Source of the DNA: Octopus vulgaris
Lineage: Eukaryota
Assembly: GCA_951406725.2 (NCBI GenBank)
Contig: OX597827.1
Span: 558,001 to 622,000 of the forward strand
DNA: 64,000 nucleotides
Direction of reading: 5' to 3'
Numbering within the stretch: position 1 is the stretch's first letter; every line of letters begins with the position of its first letter. Under the pieces are notes generated by a model, which saw nothing but the letters and a program-made list of their open reading frames with translations, was not told where the DNA came from and did not search any database. Below, in pieces: positions 14,690 to 30,794 of the stretch. A program made the position numbers and the translations under genes.

Positions 14690-15500
14690 ATTTGAATAAC
14701 TGTTAACATAATTTACTTTAAAGTATGAATGAATGAATTTTAGCCTTAATCTCCCCATTATTATAAACACCAAGTAGCTATTTACTCACTTTGTGATTGT
14801 GAGTGCACCAAACCACCCGTGTGCATATGCTTACATTTTCATGGATGCTTGTATGAGCAAGTGTGCAGGCACCATGTGACTTGTGCAGGGGTATTTATAC
14901 ATTCATATCTGTTAATGGCTATTTTTAATACATTTTTCCCTGCATTGCATGTTCATTTCTTTTTTGCATCCATGATTTTAGTTTTGACCTTTTATAATAA
15001 ATGAAAATATTTCCTTCATTTTGCTGCTTTTCTTTCTACAAAATGAGAAGATACTTTGCGGAACTGTTATTTTAACTAACAAGTTGTATCTGTTTGTCAC
15101 ACGATGAAACACAGCTGCACTGCCAGATACTCGTCAACCAGTTGTTAAGTGTCCCACCATGAAGGATCGATGCTGGATGTATTTTAGGACTTGATAGAAG
15201 TTTTGATGGGGATGTACCTTCACTAATCCTTGTGTTGGTATTATATTTATGTATGAGCATGATCAAGAATAAGTGTGCAAGTGGATATGTGTATAGGTGA
15301 TTATTTCTCTCTGTCTGTCTGTCAGTATGTTTGTAAGTTTAAGAGAATGGTTTTGTGGTTTAGAAGTTCATTTCACAACCACATGGTTCCAGTTTTGATT
15401 TCACCCTGGATCACCTTGGGGCAAATGTCTTCTCCCGTAGCTGCCGGGAAATCAATACCTTTTTGAAGGAAATCGGGTAAATGGAAACTGCACACACACA

Positions 15501-15542
<42 letters not shown>

Positions 15543-15746
15543 TGCATGTATAGAATGAAAAGCAGAAAAGCATAAATTTCATAGTCATATTATAATTTAA
15601 TTACTTTCAACAGCTGTTTCATTAGAAATAAGCTTAATTCATTCTATAATTACATAATTAAATTACATAATTAATGGGAATGTAATTTTTAATTAAATCA
15701 ATATATATATATATATATTCATATATATACATTTAAATACATGTGC

Positions 15747-15817
<71 letters not shown>

Positions 15818-16090
15818 CGTCTATCTGTCTATCTGTCTATCTGTCTATCTACACACTTATATATATATATATATGTAGATGTATATATGCATATATATGT
15901 ATATCTATATATATGCATATACATATATATATATATAAATGAGTGTATATGTGTATGCATGTGTATATATATATATATATATCACCGTGACCGACCAGGC
16001 TATCAGATGTTGCTACACATCGCTGGTCACAATACGCTTCGCATTGTTTTAGCCTTCAAATGATGCCACCCCACTGGCTAAGCGAGCAGG

Positions 16091-16127
<37 letters not shown>

Positions 16128-16129
<2 letters not shown>

Positions 16130-16600
16130 TGGCTGCCCCCTAGTTATCAAGTATGGCCATTGCATGAAGCTTAATCAATGTTGTTATCATGCAATGCCTG
16201 TGCAAGAAGATTTTTTTAAAGTGAGGAAAGGCTGTGCACTGAGTCAATCCCACTCACTAAGCAACAGCAGTCATAATCCGAAAAGAAGAACAAGTCAACA
16301 TCATCGGTAACCACTGAGCCGCAGGTTTTATTTTGGAGTTATCCCAGTTACCTGAGTTACCTTCTCCTAGAAGGATGCCCTAACAAAGGCTAGGAGTCAT
16401 TCACTCCCAATGGTTTAATCACACAATCAGGTATTCAGTCTGATTATTTCTATGTCCCCGCGCATGATACAGCCTTAAGACATTTATTGGATGGCCGTTG
16501 ACTCTCAAGAGTTCCTCTGCCCTTTGACGGGTTTTGTTTTTCATCCCGCAGGGTGACCAATAAACACCCTCATAACAAGAAGTGGTTATGCTTTTAATAG
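16128..16600 (-). mobile_element. RTE-derived non-autonomous element / SINE body
   Basis: Minus strand contains gggcatccttctaggagaaggtaactc, resembling the conserved RTE 5'-UTR motif; no ORF. Confidence 0.4.
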
Positions 16601-16691
16601 AAGCAGACGACTCTGTGTGTGTGTTTCTGTGTGTGTGCTTATTATACAGGTAGTGCTCTGGCATGGCCATGCGACATAATGCCAAAGGTCA

Positions 16692-16870
16692 CAGTCATTG
16701 CCTCTGTGAGGTCCACACTTGAAAGAAACTCAGCCACTTTGCCTTTGAGGACCAACGCTCAAAAGGAATTTAGTCACTTTGCCTCTGTGAGGCCCAACAC
16801 TTGAAAGGAACTCAGCCACTTTGCCTCTGTGAGGCCCAATGCTCAAAAAGGATTTGACCACTTTGCCTCC
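16692..16870. repeat. ~41-bp minisatellite, 4.4 units with alternating A/B variants
   Basis: Units share cactttgcctctgtgagg; units 1 and 3 carry acacttgaaag, units 2 and 4 carry gctcaaaa. Confidence 0.85.
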
Positions 16871-16873
16871 AAG

Positions 16874-17081
16874 TAGTTGAAAATGTACTGGGGTTCTTTA
16901 GATTTTTCATTAAAAAAATTTTAAAGACTTAACCATTTTCATACATTTCTCTGATTTTCAAAAGTTGAGATAGAAAGACGAGAAGCTAAGCATAGAAAAT
17001 CGCAGAAATGTGTGAAACTAGTCAAGTCTTTAGAAATTTAGAAAAGAAAAATACAGACGAAGCCCAATGCATTTCTAGCTT
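16874..17081. mobile_element. Palindromic foldback MITE
   Basis: taaagacttaaccattttcatacatttctctgattttc pairs with gaaaatcgcagaaatgtgtgaaactagtcaagtcttta; outer arms agttgaaaatgtactggggttc / gaagcccaatgcatttctagct. Confidence 0.7.
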
Positions 17082-17182
17082 GTTCTTTCTATATTTCTAT
17101 TTGTGTGGAATAAAATAACCTTGTTTTCTATATATATATTTTATTCAAAATGAAGACAAACACCATTCCTCCATGTGATTAG

Positions 17183-17240
17183 CTGGAAAAATTGTTAAGA
17201 TAATAAGGTATTTTTCTTAACATGAAACCAATGGTAACCT
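17183..17240 (+). ncRNA. Degenerate hammerhead motif in short element (~17140-17310)
   Basis: Stem II TGTTAAGA/TCTTAACA, then T-GAAAC-CAATG-GTA; 5' core decayed. The downstream tail resembles 58920-58990. Confidence 0.45.
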
Positions 17241-17323
17241 TAATACACAAATAAAGAAATTTTATCCACTAATGTGGTGTTGAGCACTCATGCTCGTTGT
17301 TCAACATTTATATATATATAAAG

Positions 17324-17366
<43 letters not shown>

Positions 17367-17469
17367 AACATATATATAGATATATGTTCTTAACTATCCA
17401 GCAAATATGAGAACAAACTGTTTAATTCCTAATTTTTCCTTATTCCTTTATTTTTGACTTTCAATTCTT

Positions 17470-17510
17470 AATATTTGATGAGATGGACACACACTGAAAC
17501 CAGTAATATT
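17470..17510 (+). ncRNA. Minimal type I hammerhead motif
   Basis: AATAT-TTGATGA-(weak stem II)-GAAAC-CA-GTA-ATATT; perfect 5-bp stem I; element flanked by (TA)n. Confidence 0.55.
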
Positions 17511-17842
17511 TTATAAAAGTCACTCCACATAACAAAACTAAAACAAATATAAAGCAATCTCTAAACATATTTTTGTGTTGTTTCCACCTTTATTTTTTTA
17601 AACTATTTTATTTTTTAACTATTTCATTTTTTAACTATTTCATTTTTTAACTATATTTTTTAACTATATATATATATGTGTATATATACCCTGAAGAGAT
17701 CATACTAATAATGCATAAATCACTGCACATAAATATGCAACAACATGCAGTGTCGGACAATTATCATGAATAAGCTAACTGGAAATAAACATAAAGTTTG
17801 AATGTTCAAATTCTTCACTCTCCTTATTATCAATATATATCA

Positions 17843-17911
<69 letters not shown>

Positions 17912-17958
17912 GGAGTGTGTGTGTATAAATGTAGGTCTCTACAAACCAGCCAACCACA

Positions 17959-18312
17959 TGCAGGCATGGTCGAATAGTTAAGAATATTGCTTTGCAAACT
18001 AATGGTTCTGAGTTCAGTCTCACTGTGTGCCACCTTCAGCAAATTACTTCTACAATACACCTGTGTTAGTCAATGCCTGGTGAGTAAAGATGGTCAATGA
18101 AAGCTTCACATTCTGTGCAAATACCTGCGTGTGTTCACATGTGTGTTTGCGTTTGTGTTTTTCACTCACCTCTAGACAACTAGCATTGGTTTGTTTCCAT
18201 CCCCATAATTAACAGCTTAGCAAAAATAAATTCATATCAAGATTAGTTTGACTAAAGTCTTTAAGGCTGTGCCCCAGTATGGCCATAGTCACCTGATTGA
18301 AACTAGTAAAAC
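17959..18312 (+). mobile_element. CORE-type SINE, old diverged copy
   Basis: Head (gagttcagtc, caccttcagcaa) and tail (gccccagtatggcc..gaaactagtaaaa) recognisable. Confidence 0.6.
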
Positions 18313-18634
18313 AATACAGAATAAAACATATATATTGTAAAATACTGTACTAGAAAGAAAGGAAGAAAGAAAGAAAAAAGTGAATGAATGATAGATAGAT
18401 AGATAGATTGATAGGCATAGATGGATTGAATGATTGATTGATGGCTAAATAGATAGATAGATAAATGGATCGACAAATGAGAAAGATGGTTAAAGATTGA
18501 TATGTGGATCAAGAGATGAGGTTTACAGGTACACAAAGTGTAAGATAAAACAAGAAGCTATACAAAGAAAAATATGTATATGTGTGTAATCATATATATA
18601 TGCATGTGTGTGTGTGTGCGTATGTATGTATGTA

Positions 18635-18694
<60 letters not shown>

Positions 18695-18795
18695 TATATC
18701 ATTAGATATACATATATTATATCATATACATCATAATTATCATTTTATGTTTGCTTTACCATACAGGCATGCAACAACTTCTTATTTGGAATTAC

Positions 18796-18872
<77 letters not shown>

Positions 18873-18897
18873 TATAGATGAAATATATATATATATG

Positions 18898-18964
<67 letters not shown>

Positions 18965-18971
18965 TATTCAA

Positions 18972-18995
18972 ATGATGATGATAATAATGATGATG

Positions 18996-19042
<47 letters not shown>

Positions 19043-19090
19043 TATAATAATAATAATTATGATAATAATAATAATAATAATAATAATAAT

Positions 19091-19158
<68 letters not shown>

Positions 19159-19166
19159 TAATAATG

Positions 19167-19203
<37 letters not shown>

Positions 19204-19207
19204 TTAT
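18972..19207. repeat. (ATA/ATG)n trinucleotide microsatellite
   Basis: Direct reading. Confidence 0.95.
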
Positions 19208-20103
19208 ACTTTCTTTATTTACCACCAGGGATTTACAAAAATAATAACAACAATAATAATAATGATAATGATAAAAAAAATAATAATAATAATTTGATGT
19301 CTGCCTGGTAAGTAATGGTGGCTAAATTTTTTTCCCTTCAGTTCTTCCTAAATCTCAGCTTAGTTATTGTCATCTAAAAGTAATCCCATGAAGAGATTTC
19401 AAGTCTTGGCATCACCGACCAGCCGACCGAATAAATGGCTCTTTTGGTTCCGCAGTTAAACTTACTTAATTTAACAATAAGACTTTAAGTCCATCTAACT
19501 GGCTCCGTATTTATTTTATGGCTTCATTGATTACATTTTCTCCAAGACTTTCTTCATGGTAATCTTTACCGTTTACTCAGCGATCAGCCGTGTGTATTAG
19601 TTTGTTTATATTAGTTTGTTTGTTTGTGTGTGTGTATATGTGGTTATATGTTTATGTGGTTTTGGGAAAAGAATTGGTTTCCACACATATGTATAGCTAC
19701 GTGTGTGTGTGTGTGTGTGTGTGGCATGGTGTTCCTTGGTGTGCAAACATGTGTGTATGTGTACATATACAGTTCTGTATAGCAATGTTTATGTATGTAT
19801 GTGCATGTGTGATTGTGTTTGATGTACGTGTGTATGTGTGTGTATAATTCATATTTATAAATGTAATTGTGAAGTTTGTGCGTGTGTATGTGTGTGTATA
19901 TATATATATATATATATGTGATATATTAAGGCTGGTTAATACAAAAAGGAATATAAAAATGATAGCAATATATAAGTATGTATGTATGCATGTATATATG
20001 TATGTATGTACGTACCTATGTATCCCTCTATCTAGCTATATCTATCTATCTGTCTATCTGTCTATCTCTCTCTCTCTCTTTATCTATCTATCTATATATA
20101 TAA

Positions 20104-20148
<45 letters not shown>

Positions 20149-20176
20149 TACACACATACACACATACATACACACA

Positions 20177-20210
<34 letters not shown>

Positions 20211-20395
20211 CATATGTATAAGTATGCATATATTCTTGAATATCAGAGTGTGACTGATTTTGTGTGCATATCTACTCACAGCTTAATACATAGAGACATG
20301 CAAATATTCATATACACACACTTACATCTGTACATTATTGTTGTTGATATCTCTCACTAATTTAAATGTATTTAAGTATCCTCTTTCTTTCTCCA

Positions 20396-22668
<2,273 letters not shown>

Positions 22669-22937
22669 AACTACACACACACACACATACATCATATGTC
22701 TACATACACACATGTGCAAAGAGCAAGAGAGACAGAGGGAGAGAAGAAGAGTGATAGCTATTTTTTTGCATATGAAGATATTAAGAAATAATATATTTAC
22801 ATTTGGTGAAGCCATTATGCAATTGCTCAGAACTGAAATGTTGGACTTACAAAACTCATACGTATCCACCCATAAGAGAAACTTACCTATGTGTGTGCAT
22901 GAGTGTGCTTGTATTACTGTTTATAAGATGAAAAAAC

Positions 22938-22968
<31 letters not shown>

Positions 22969-23030
22969 GTATTCGTATACATATGTATATATATATATTC
23001 ATAATATATGTATGCATACATTTATTGATT

Positions 23031-23070
<40 letters not shown>

Positions 23071-23575
23071 TGTACAAGCAGGTAAATAGTTTCTGTTCAA
23101 CTTTTCAAATAAAATACACACACAGGTATATCAATGACAACAGGCTTATAATATGTGTTTGTGTGCTTGTGTGTATGTCCTTGCATACACACATGCAGTT
23201 ATATATGTATGCATGCATACACATACATGCAAGATCAATTCAGAGTCATACATATGTGTATACATGTCTGTTTCAACAAGCTGGGAAAGGCACACACACA
23301 CACACAGAGGAACCAACAAATATATATATGAATGCAAACACTTAGACACTCACACATAGACAGACATTCTCCCGCCCCTAGGCAAACATCCACACACTTA
23401 CACACATCTGCACCACTTGCCTCCCATATAAACAATACAGAATCTTTTCAAATGAAATAGCAATCCAACAACACAGATAGTACATTAGCATGTATTAGTA
23501 AGGTGGGTGGAGTTACATGGAATGTCTAAGAGAACATTGCAGTGGGAGTAGATTGAGAGAGCAACTGAGATATAT

Positions 23576-24002
23576 CTTTTATGCTCATGTCTCAGTTATT
23601 CGACTGTGGCCATGCTGGGGCACTGCCCTGAAGAATTTTTAATCATTGAATGAATCAACCTCGACACTATTATTTTTCCTTTTTCTTTAAGCCTGTTATT
23701 TATTATATCAGTCTTTTTTGATGACCTGCTAAGTTACAGGGATGTAGACATGGCAACAGCAGTTGTCAAGTGGTGTTGGGGGACAAATACCCCCCCCCCT
23801 CACACACGCGCACACACACACACTCACACACACACACACATGTACATGGTGGGCTCCTTTTCAATACCAGATCCACTCACAAGGCTTTGGTTGGAATGAT
23901 GCTATAGTAGAAGACACTTGCCCAAGGTGCTACGTAGTGGAACTGAACCTAAAACCATGTGGTTGGTAAGCAAGCTTCTTACCACACAGCTAAGCTTGCA
24001 CC
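23576..24002 (-). mobile_element. CORE-type SINE, full length
   Basis: Reverse complement of the head (caccttgggcaagtgtcttctactatagc) and tail. Confidence 0.8.
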
Positions 24003-24004
24003 GT

Positions 24005-24038
<34 letters not shown>

Positions 24039-24050
24039 TATATTATGTAG

Positions 24051-24093
<43 letters not shown>

Positions 24094-24105
24094 TATATTA
24101 TGTAG

Positions 24106-24139
<34 letters not shown>

Positions 24140-24690
24140 TATGTAGATATATATATATATATATATGTACACACACACACATACACACATACATACACAT
24201 ACATACATATATTTGCTTTTGACTTGTTGCAGACTGCGAGCCTGCTGGAGCATTATTCAAGCAAATCAACCGTCCTGCTTATGTTTCCGTTATTATATCT
24301 AGGATTTATTGTAAATTTCTCTTTTTGCTAAAACTGATTTGCCATAAACAAACAAACGCCAGTCATCAAGTGGTAATAGTGGTAGTGGTGTGTATGTGGT
24401 GGGGTGACAAGTACGCACACACACACACACACACACACACTCATATCATATCATCTTTAAAAAACAATATGTATTTTTAAGAGGTCTTGGGCCAGAAGGA
24501 TTTGAGATCTGATGATACAGCATAAGGCTAAACCCTTTATAGATGGGAAACCTAAGGGAATCCCATAAATCAGCCTTCCCTGTTTTTAATATACATACAC
24601 ACACACACACACAAATACATACATATATAGATACAAGTGTAGATAAGTGTATGTATGTATGTATGTATGTATGTATGTGTATATATATAT

Positions 24691-24907
24691 AATAATTATT
24701 TGAGGGAATATTATTCCTAACTTACAGGGAAAAATTCAGTTTAGAAATACTAAATCAAATTTGTTATTCTACCTAATATAATCGTTTTTATTATTATTTT
24801 GCAATTTACTTAATCATCGGTATATTATCGTTATTTTAATTTTAATATTTCTATTATAATGTAATTTAATTGTACATTATGTATTGATAAAAGGTGTTTT
24901 TTTTCTA

Positions 24908-24912
<5 letters not shown>
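24691..24912. mobile_element. Short (TA)n-embedded element (family of 2951-3222)
   Basis: Shares the left end (aacttacagggaaaaattca) and right end (tttt..tctaatttata) with 2951-3222. Confidence 0.55.
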
Positions 24913-24960
<48 letters not shown>

Positions 24961-25744
24961 TTGTTGCAATTATGCAAAAGTGTTGTAAGTCCAAAATGTT
25001 GCTTTTTCAGAAAATGAGAAAATAGTTTCACCATTCCATAGCGAAACTGTTGTACTAGACTTTGACAGTTTTTGATATCTTGGCATTTGAATTAGCTGGA
25101 GATACGATAGTTTAACCAAAAGAACCGGCTATGGCAAGTGTAAATAAATATTGAAAAAAACACATTTGGCCAAATTTGGACATATAACAGTTGACCATAA
25201 CAGTACCCCAGCACAGCCACAGTGAGATGACAGAAATTAGTAGAAGGTAAAATTTGTATGCATTCTGCTCATGTATATATATACATACAAAAGAGACAGA
25301 TAGACAGACATATAAATTGAGAGATCAGTAAATAGACAGAAAAATAGATAGATCGTGAAGTGAGAAACAAAGTAAGAAATAATGAAAGACAGAAAGTGTA
25401 AGGGAGAAGTAGAGGTGTTTGTGGAGTGGAAATCGAAATAGAGAAAAGAGAGAAAGAATGGTAGAGAGAAGAGGAAACTGAAAGTTGGAATTGAATACAA
25501 ATTGTATATTGCTACATGCAGCAGCATGCATATAGCATGGTGCAGTAGCATGGTGCAGTAGCATGGTATAGTGCAGTGAGAAAGGAATTTGTGTTGATAG
25601 TCATCAGAAGTTAAAAAGAGTTGATAAGATTATGTACAGTGTAAAGGAATAGAATGTTTTCTATATATATATATGTTATATATATATATATATATATTGT
25701 GTGTGTGTACATATATGTATATATATATATATGTATGTGTGTAT

Positions 25745-25823
<79 letters not shown>

Positions 25824-26164
25824 TGTATGTATGTATGTATGAATGTATATAAATGTATATAGAAGCAATTACGTAGATAAACAAGTTAAATATAAGAGCT
25901 TGGGTTTGCTATAAAAAATATGTATACAAGCAAAATGAGAAAAAGCAAAGACTGAAGACCTTCAGATGATGAATATCTTTATATATAAATCTATAGATAT
26001 TTGTATCATTAGATGAAGCTTTCACAGAGTACAAATGAGAGGAAAAAAGGTAAATATGTATGTAAAATGTCTACAGAAACATACATCTGAAGAATTACTA
26101 AAAGATGTCTTATGTGTTTCTGTAACATCTATTAAGAAATGAAACATATGTAATTCTTTTTTAT

Positions 26165-26366
26165 TTCTTTTTTGATTTGTTTCAGTAGTTTTGCTTGTGG
26201 CCATGCTGGAGCACCACTTTTAGTCAAACAAATCAACCCCAGTACTTATTCTGTTGGTCTTTTGGCCAAATCATTAAGTTATGGATCCGTAAACACACCA
26301 ACACTGATTGTCAAGTGATAGTAGGGAGACAAACACAGATATACAAATACACACACACACACACAT

Positions 26367-26419
<53 letters not shown>

Positions 26420-26596
26420 CACACATATATACATAACAGGCTTCTTTCAGTTTCAGTCTACCAAATCCATTCACAAGGCTTTGGTCAGCTCGAGGCTATA
26501 GTAGAAGACACTTGACCCATGTGCCATGCTGTGGGACTGAACCTGGAACCATGTGGTGGGAAAGCAAGCTACTTACTACACAGCCACTCCTATGCC
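26165..26596 (-). mobile_element. CORE-type SINE, full length
   Basis: Head, internal (CA)n and tail align with other copies. Confidence 0.85.
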
Positions 26597-26830
26597 TCAC
26601 AGTCATGGAATAAATTACAGATTTTCCAATCTTCTGTTTTGTCATGCAATTGCTCCACAAAAAGAAATGTTCAGTATTTTTCAGTATTTTCAAATCTCAT
26701 AAAAAATATAAATCTACAAATATACTTTGGAGTACTAAAACATGCAGATGTTTTTCATGAGGTCACATTATAATACTATATACATACCATATACACATAC
26801 ATACATACATACAAACACACACATATATAT

Positions 26831-26874
<44 letters not shown>

Positions 26875-26881
<7 letters not shown>

Positions 26882-27095
26882 AACCAAACATGAACAAAGA
26901 GAAAACACAACAACGTGAGGACATGGAACAAGTATAGTGTTTTTGGATGCTCGGGAAAGGAAAGAAAGAAGGAGGATTTAACGTTTCGAGCGGAGCTCTT
27001 TGTCAGAAATATAGAAAAAAGGAAAAGTGCAAGGAAGGGAAGCCAGAGAAAGAAAATCGCCAACGATACACACGTGGTCACATATTGAAAAATGG
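26875..27095 (-). mobile_element. Short hammerhead-bearing element between TA-rich tracts (Penelope pLTR/retrozyme-like)
   Basis: Carries the hammerhead at 26976-27010; same family as 5056-5143. Confidence 0.65.
26976..27010 (-). ncRNA. Minimal hammerhead ribozyme (dimer type)
   Basis: ATTT-CTGACAA-A-GAGC-TCC-GCTC-GAAAC-GT-T-AAAT. Stem I ATTT/AAAT, stem II 4 bp, palindromic AACGTT. G8 is mutated here but present in the sister copy at 5128. Confidence 0.65.
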
Positions 27096-27184
27096 ATATA
27101 TATTGAATGTATATATACATATGTGTGTTTTGACATAGTGTTTACTGCTGAATGACCTTCCCAGCAGAGTAGAGTGCTTTTTAA

Positions 27185-27400
27185 CTAACCTCACCGGTTC
27201 TTGTGCCACATAAAAAGCACTCTGTCCTCTCTACTGGGCGGTTGGTGTTAGGAACGGCATCCAGTTTTAAAAACTGTGCCAAAAACAGATGCAGAAGTCT
27301 GGTGCAGGCTCCTACCGGGCCAGCTCCTGTTAAACCATCCAACCCATGCCAGCATGGAAGGCAGATGTGAAACAATGATAACGATGATGATGATGATGAT
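27185..27400 (+). mobile_element. RTE-related 3' UTR fragment with (GAT)n tail
   Basis: taaaaagcac..ttaggaacggcatccag..aacccatgccagcatggaa, as at 33170-33352. Confidence 0.7.
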
Positions 27401-27446
27401 ATTTACATGCTGCATATCTGTTTATATAGATAGGTAGGTAGATAGA

Positions 27447-27527
<81 letters not shown>

Positions 27528-27761
27528 AGACAGATAGTTAGATAGTTACATACATGCATAAACTCCTTTACAAACATTCTAAATTAGATATTTAAGTTTT
27601 TCCTTTAGAAAACATTTGTGTGTGTGTGTATATATATATACATATATATATATAACATATATATAACATATATATATATATATAACATATATAAACACAT
27701 ATACACTCAAACATATTAATATATACACAGAGACAAATATACATCAATATATATATATATA

Positions 27762-28052
27762 TGGTTAGAGATTCAAGCTTATGATCGTGAGGTTGTGAGC
27801 TCGAATCTCAGACCGGGCTGCATGTTGTGTTCTTGAGCAAGACACTTTATTTCACGTTGCTCCAGTTCACTCAGCTGTAGAAATGAGTTGCGACATCACA
27901 GGTGCCAAGCTGTATCGGCCCTTGCTTTTCCCTTGGATAACACTGGTGGCGTGGAGAGGTCTTCTGTAAACAACCTTGCCTGGACTTGTGCCTGGGAGGG
28001 TAATTTTCTACGTGCAATTCTATGGTCAGTGTCATGACTGAAGGGGGTTTCA
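27762..28052 (+). mobile_element. tRNA-derived CORE-like SINE (third family)
   Basis: B-box gctcgaatc; gttgtgttcttgagcaagacacttt CORE-like segment. Confidence 0.65.
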
Positions 28053-28844
28053 GAATATATATATACATATATATACATGTATATGTATATCTATATGCAG
28101 GTGCATATGTATGTCTATGTTTATCTCTTACTGCTTGACAATATTTTAAGAATGTGTATATAACTTACTGGTTTGGCCAGAAGAGACCAACACTGTGCAG
28201 CAAAATTAAAAATTGTGCTGAGATAAACTTGATTGAAGAACTTCCTAAAAGCTGCAGCTCAACAAGTAAAAAATAAGTACATGCACACACACACGCGTGC
28301 ACACACACACACGCACACATGTAAGTGTCTAAAACAATTGAAACTCGAGTTGTAAGACAAACTTCTAGCTTTAGATTCCATAAAACCACATATCCTCTAC
28401 AATATGCATGTATTGAGCACTCATCTCATATTTGTTCAACACAAAGCAACCTACACACACACACACATATATGTTCAAACATGTACACTATATAAAGTAT
28501 GCATACAGCCAGACTAACACATGTATACAAATACTCACATGCATTATATTATATTTATTTATGCAGCGTCGTCCATTAAGGCCATTTTTTTGTGCAAGTA
28601 CAGAAAACTTGAAACATGGACAATCTCTTGTTTTAGTTAAAATTATCATTTTAAGTGTTACAAGTTATATAAATTTTATGTATTTCAAGTGGAAAGCGTT
28701 TGGAGCGAATGGAAACCTAACAAAAGCTGAAACAGAGAAGAAGAATGTGGTTCGTTAATCCATCATATGACAAAATGTTCAACGCATGTTAGCTTGGAAA
28801 GCATATATAAAATGTTGACAATAAATATGGTGATCACGAGGATG

Positions 28845-28971
28845 ATGAAGGATGATGAGGATGGGGATAATGACGATGATGATGATGATGATGATGACGA
28901 CAATGATGACGACAACAATGATGGCGATGATGACTATGATGATGATGTTAATGATGATGATGATGATGATG

Positions 28972-29010
<39 letters not shown>

Positions 29011-29042
29011 GTAATGATCATGATAATGATGATGATGATGAT
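28845..29042. repeat. (GAT)n/(AAT)n microsatellite
   Basis: Direct reading. Confidence 0.95.
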
Positions 29043-29373
29043 TTTAGTGCTTTCCACTGGTTGCCCATCCATAAGCATCCTGTTTCTATTTGCTGTAAGT
29101 CTTCAGCCTGTTGCAATGCAGCATTAATAAATTATTTAATTATGTTACTAATAATCATTGTAAATGTCTTTAGTTTGAATCGAAAAGGAATTTGGTAGAG
29201 AAAGAGAAAATGAGAGAAAACATAAGATATATACACTTTAGACTTAAAGCTTTAAAATCATACATACATAGAGATATATATATCTTTACTTTAATTACCT
29301 TTTGGTACATTCACTTATTTATACATACATATATACACGCATATTTACACATACAGTCATACATACATACATA

Positions 29374-29590
29374 CAGGATGGCCGTCCACTCGTGACCAAG
29401 GAAGACCATTGCCGACCTTCAGGAACATTGTGCACTCTAGGACTAACTTATATTTTGCATTTGTGGCTACGTTGGTGGCTAATGAGCCCTGCTCTTGACA
29501 AGCATACATGACTGCAAACATTGCAGACCAAGCTTTCCCCATTCACTATACGAGCCGTGCACTTTCGCGCAGCTCTCTTCATGCTGGATA
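29374..29590 (-). mobile_element. RTE (BovB-like) LINE extreme 3' fragment in (TATG)n
   Basis: C-terminal C2H2 finger CNVCSHVCLSRAGLISHQRSH, stop at 29448, short 3' UTR; (TACA)n on both sides. Confidence 0.75.
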
Positions 29591-29834
29591 CATACATACA
29601 TACATACATACATACATACATACATACATACACACACACATACATACATGCATACATACATACATACATACATACATACATACATACATACATACATACA
29701 TACATACATACATACATACATACATACATACATACATACATACATACATACATACATACATACATACATACATACATACATACATGCATGCATACATACG
29801 TACATACATACATACATACAAACATACATACAAA

Positions 29835-30010
29835 CATAGCAAAACAGATTTTTTATGACCAGATGCCCTTCCTGTCACCAACCTGACCTACTTACAAGCA
29901 AGCTAATACTTTCCCATGGTCACACATGTTCTCTCAGAATATTGGAAATGAGTGACACTACTCGTATGACAGTGATAACAATTTTACAACCATCATGTCT
30001 AGACAAGGAG
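29835..30010 (-). mobile_element. Repeat 'tail B' (RTE-related 3' end)
   Basis: Similar to 40170-40400, 42010-42225 and 52945-53200 (ggttggtgacaggaagggcatc). Confidence 0.6.
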
Positions 30011-30338
30011 ACAGAAACATCCACACATACATGCATACATACACACTCATTCACACACACACACACACACCCATTTATGTGGGAACATTTTATTAATAAA
30101 CTTTATAAGCCAAGTATGTTAGTATTTTACAGAGAAGAAAATAAGTTTCAAACCCAGTACAACTGCGAAAACAGTCAAGAAATTACGCTGCAGATTCGAT
30201 CTTAAATATATTTAAAGTCATTTCACATTCAGCTTGTTATGTACTAAAGCTATAGTAGAGGACTTTTGTTGAAGATGCTTCACAAACGGACTGAACTCAA
30301 AACCTCATGGTTGCAAAGCATGCTTCTTAACCATACAG

Positions 30339-30375
<37 letters not shown>

Positions 30376-30526
30376 TGTATGTAAATACGTACATACATAT
30401 ATATATATACATACATACAAACAAACACAGACACACACAATTACATACATACATACATACATACATGCATGCATACATACATACATACATACATACATAC
30501 ATACATACATACATACATACATACAC

Positions 30527-30557
<31 letters not shown>

Positions 30558-30794
30558 TACATACATACATGATGTTGTTGTCATATGTAAACAGGATTTT
30601 ATAGCCAGATTAAAATGTTGCTCAGTCAGTCGTAAGTATCTCCAGTCTCCATTGATGTGTACAATTGACTGGAAAAGAGATTGAGTGAATTCATAAGTCC
30701 AGATATTTAATCGTATTTAGCTTAGGGAAAAAAAAACATGAAAGAACATATGTATATATACAAATGGGAATTTATACATGCATGTATACATATA

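Noticed and set aside
16692-16870. CRISPR-like repeat appearance
   Set aside because: Units are contiguous with recurring rather than unique spacers; eukaryotic context, no cas genes.
17690-17775. CTGAAGA followed by a hairpin as another hammerhead
   Set aside because: No properly placed GAAA or stem I partner found.
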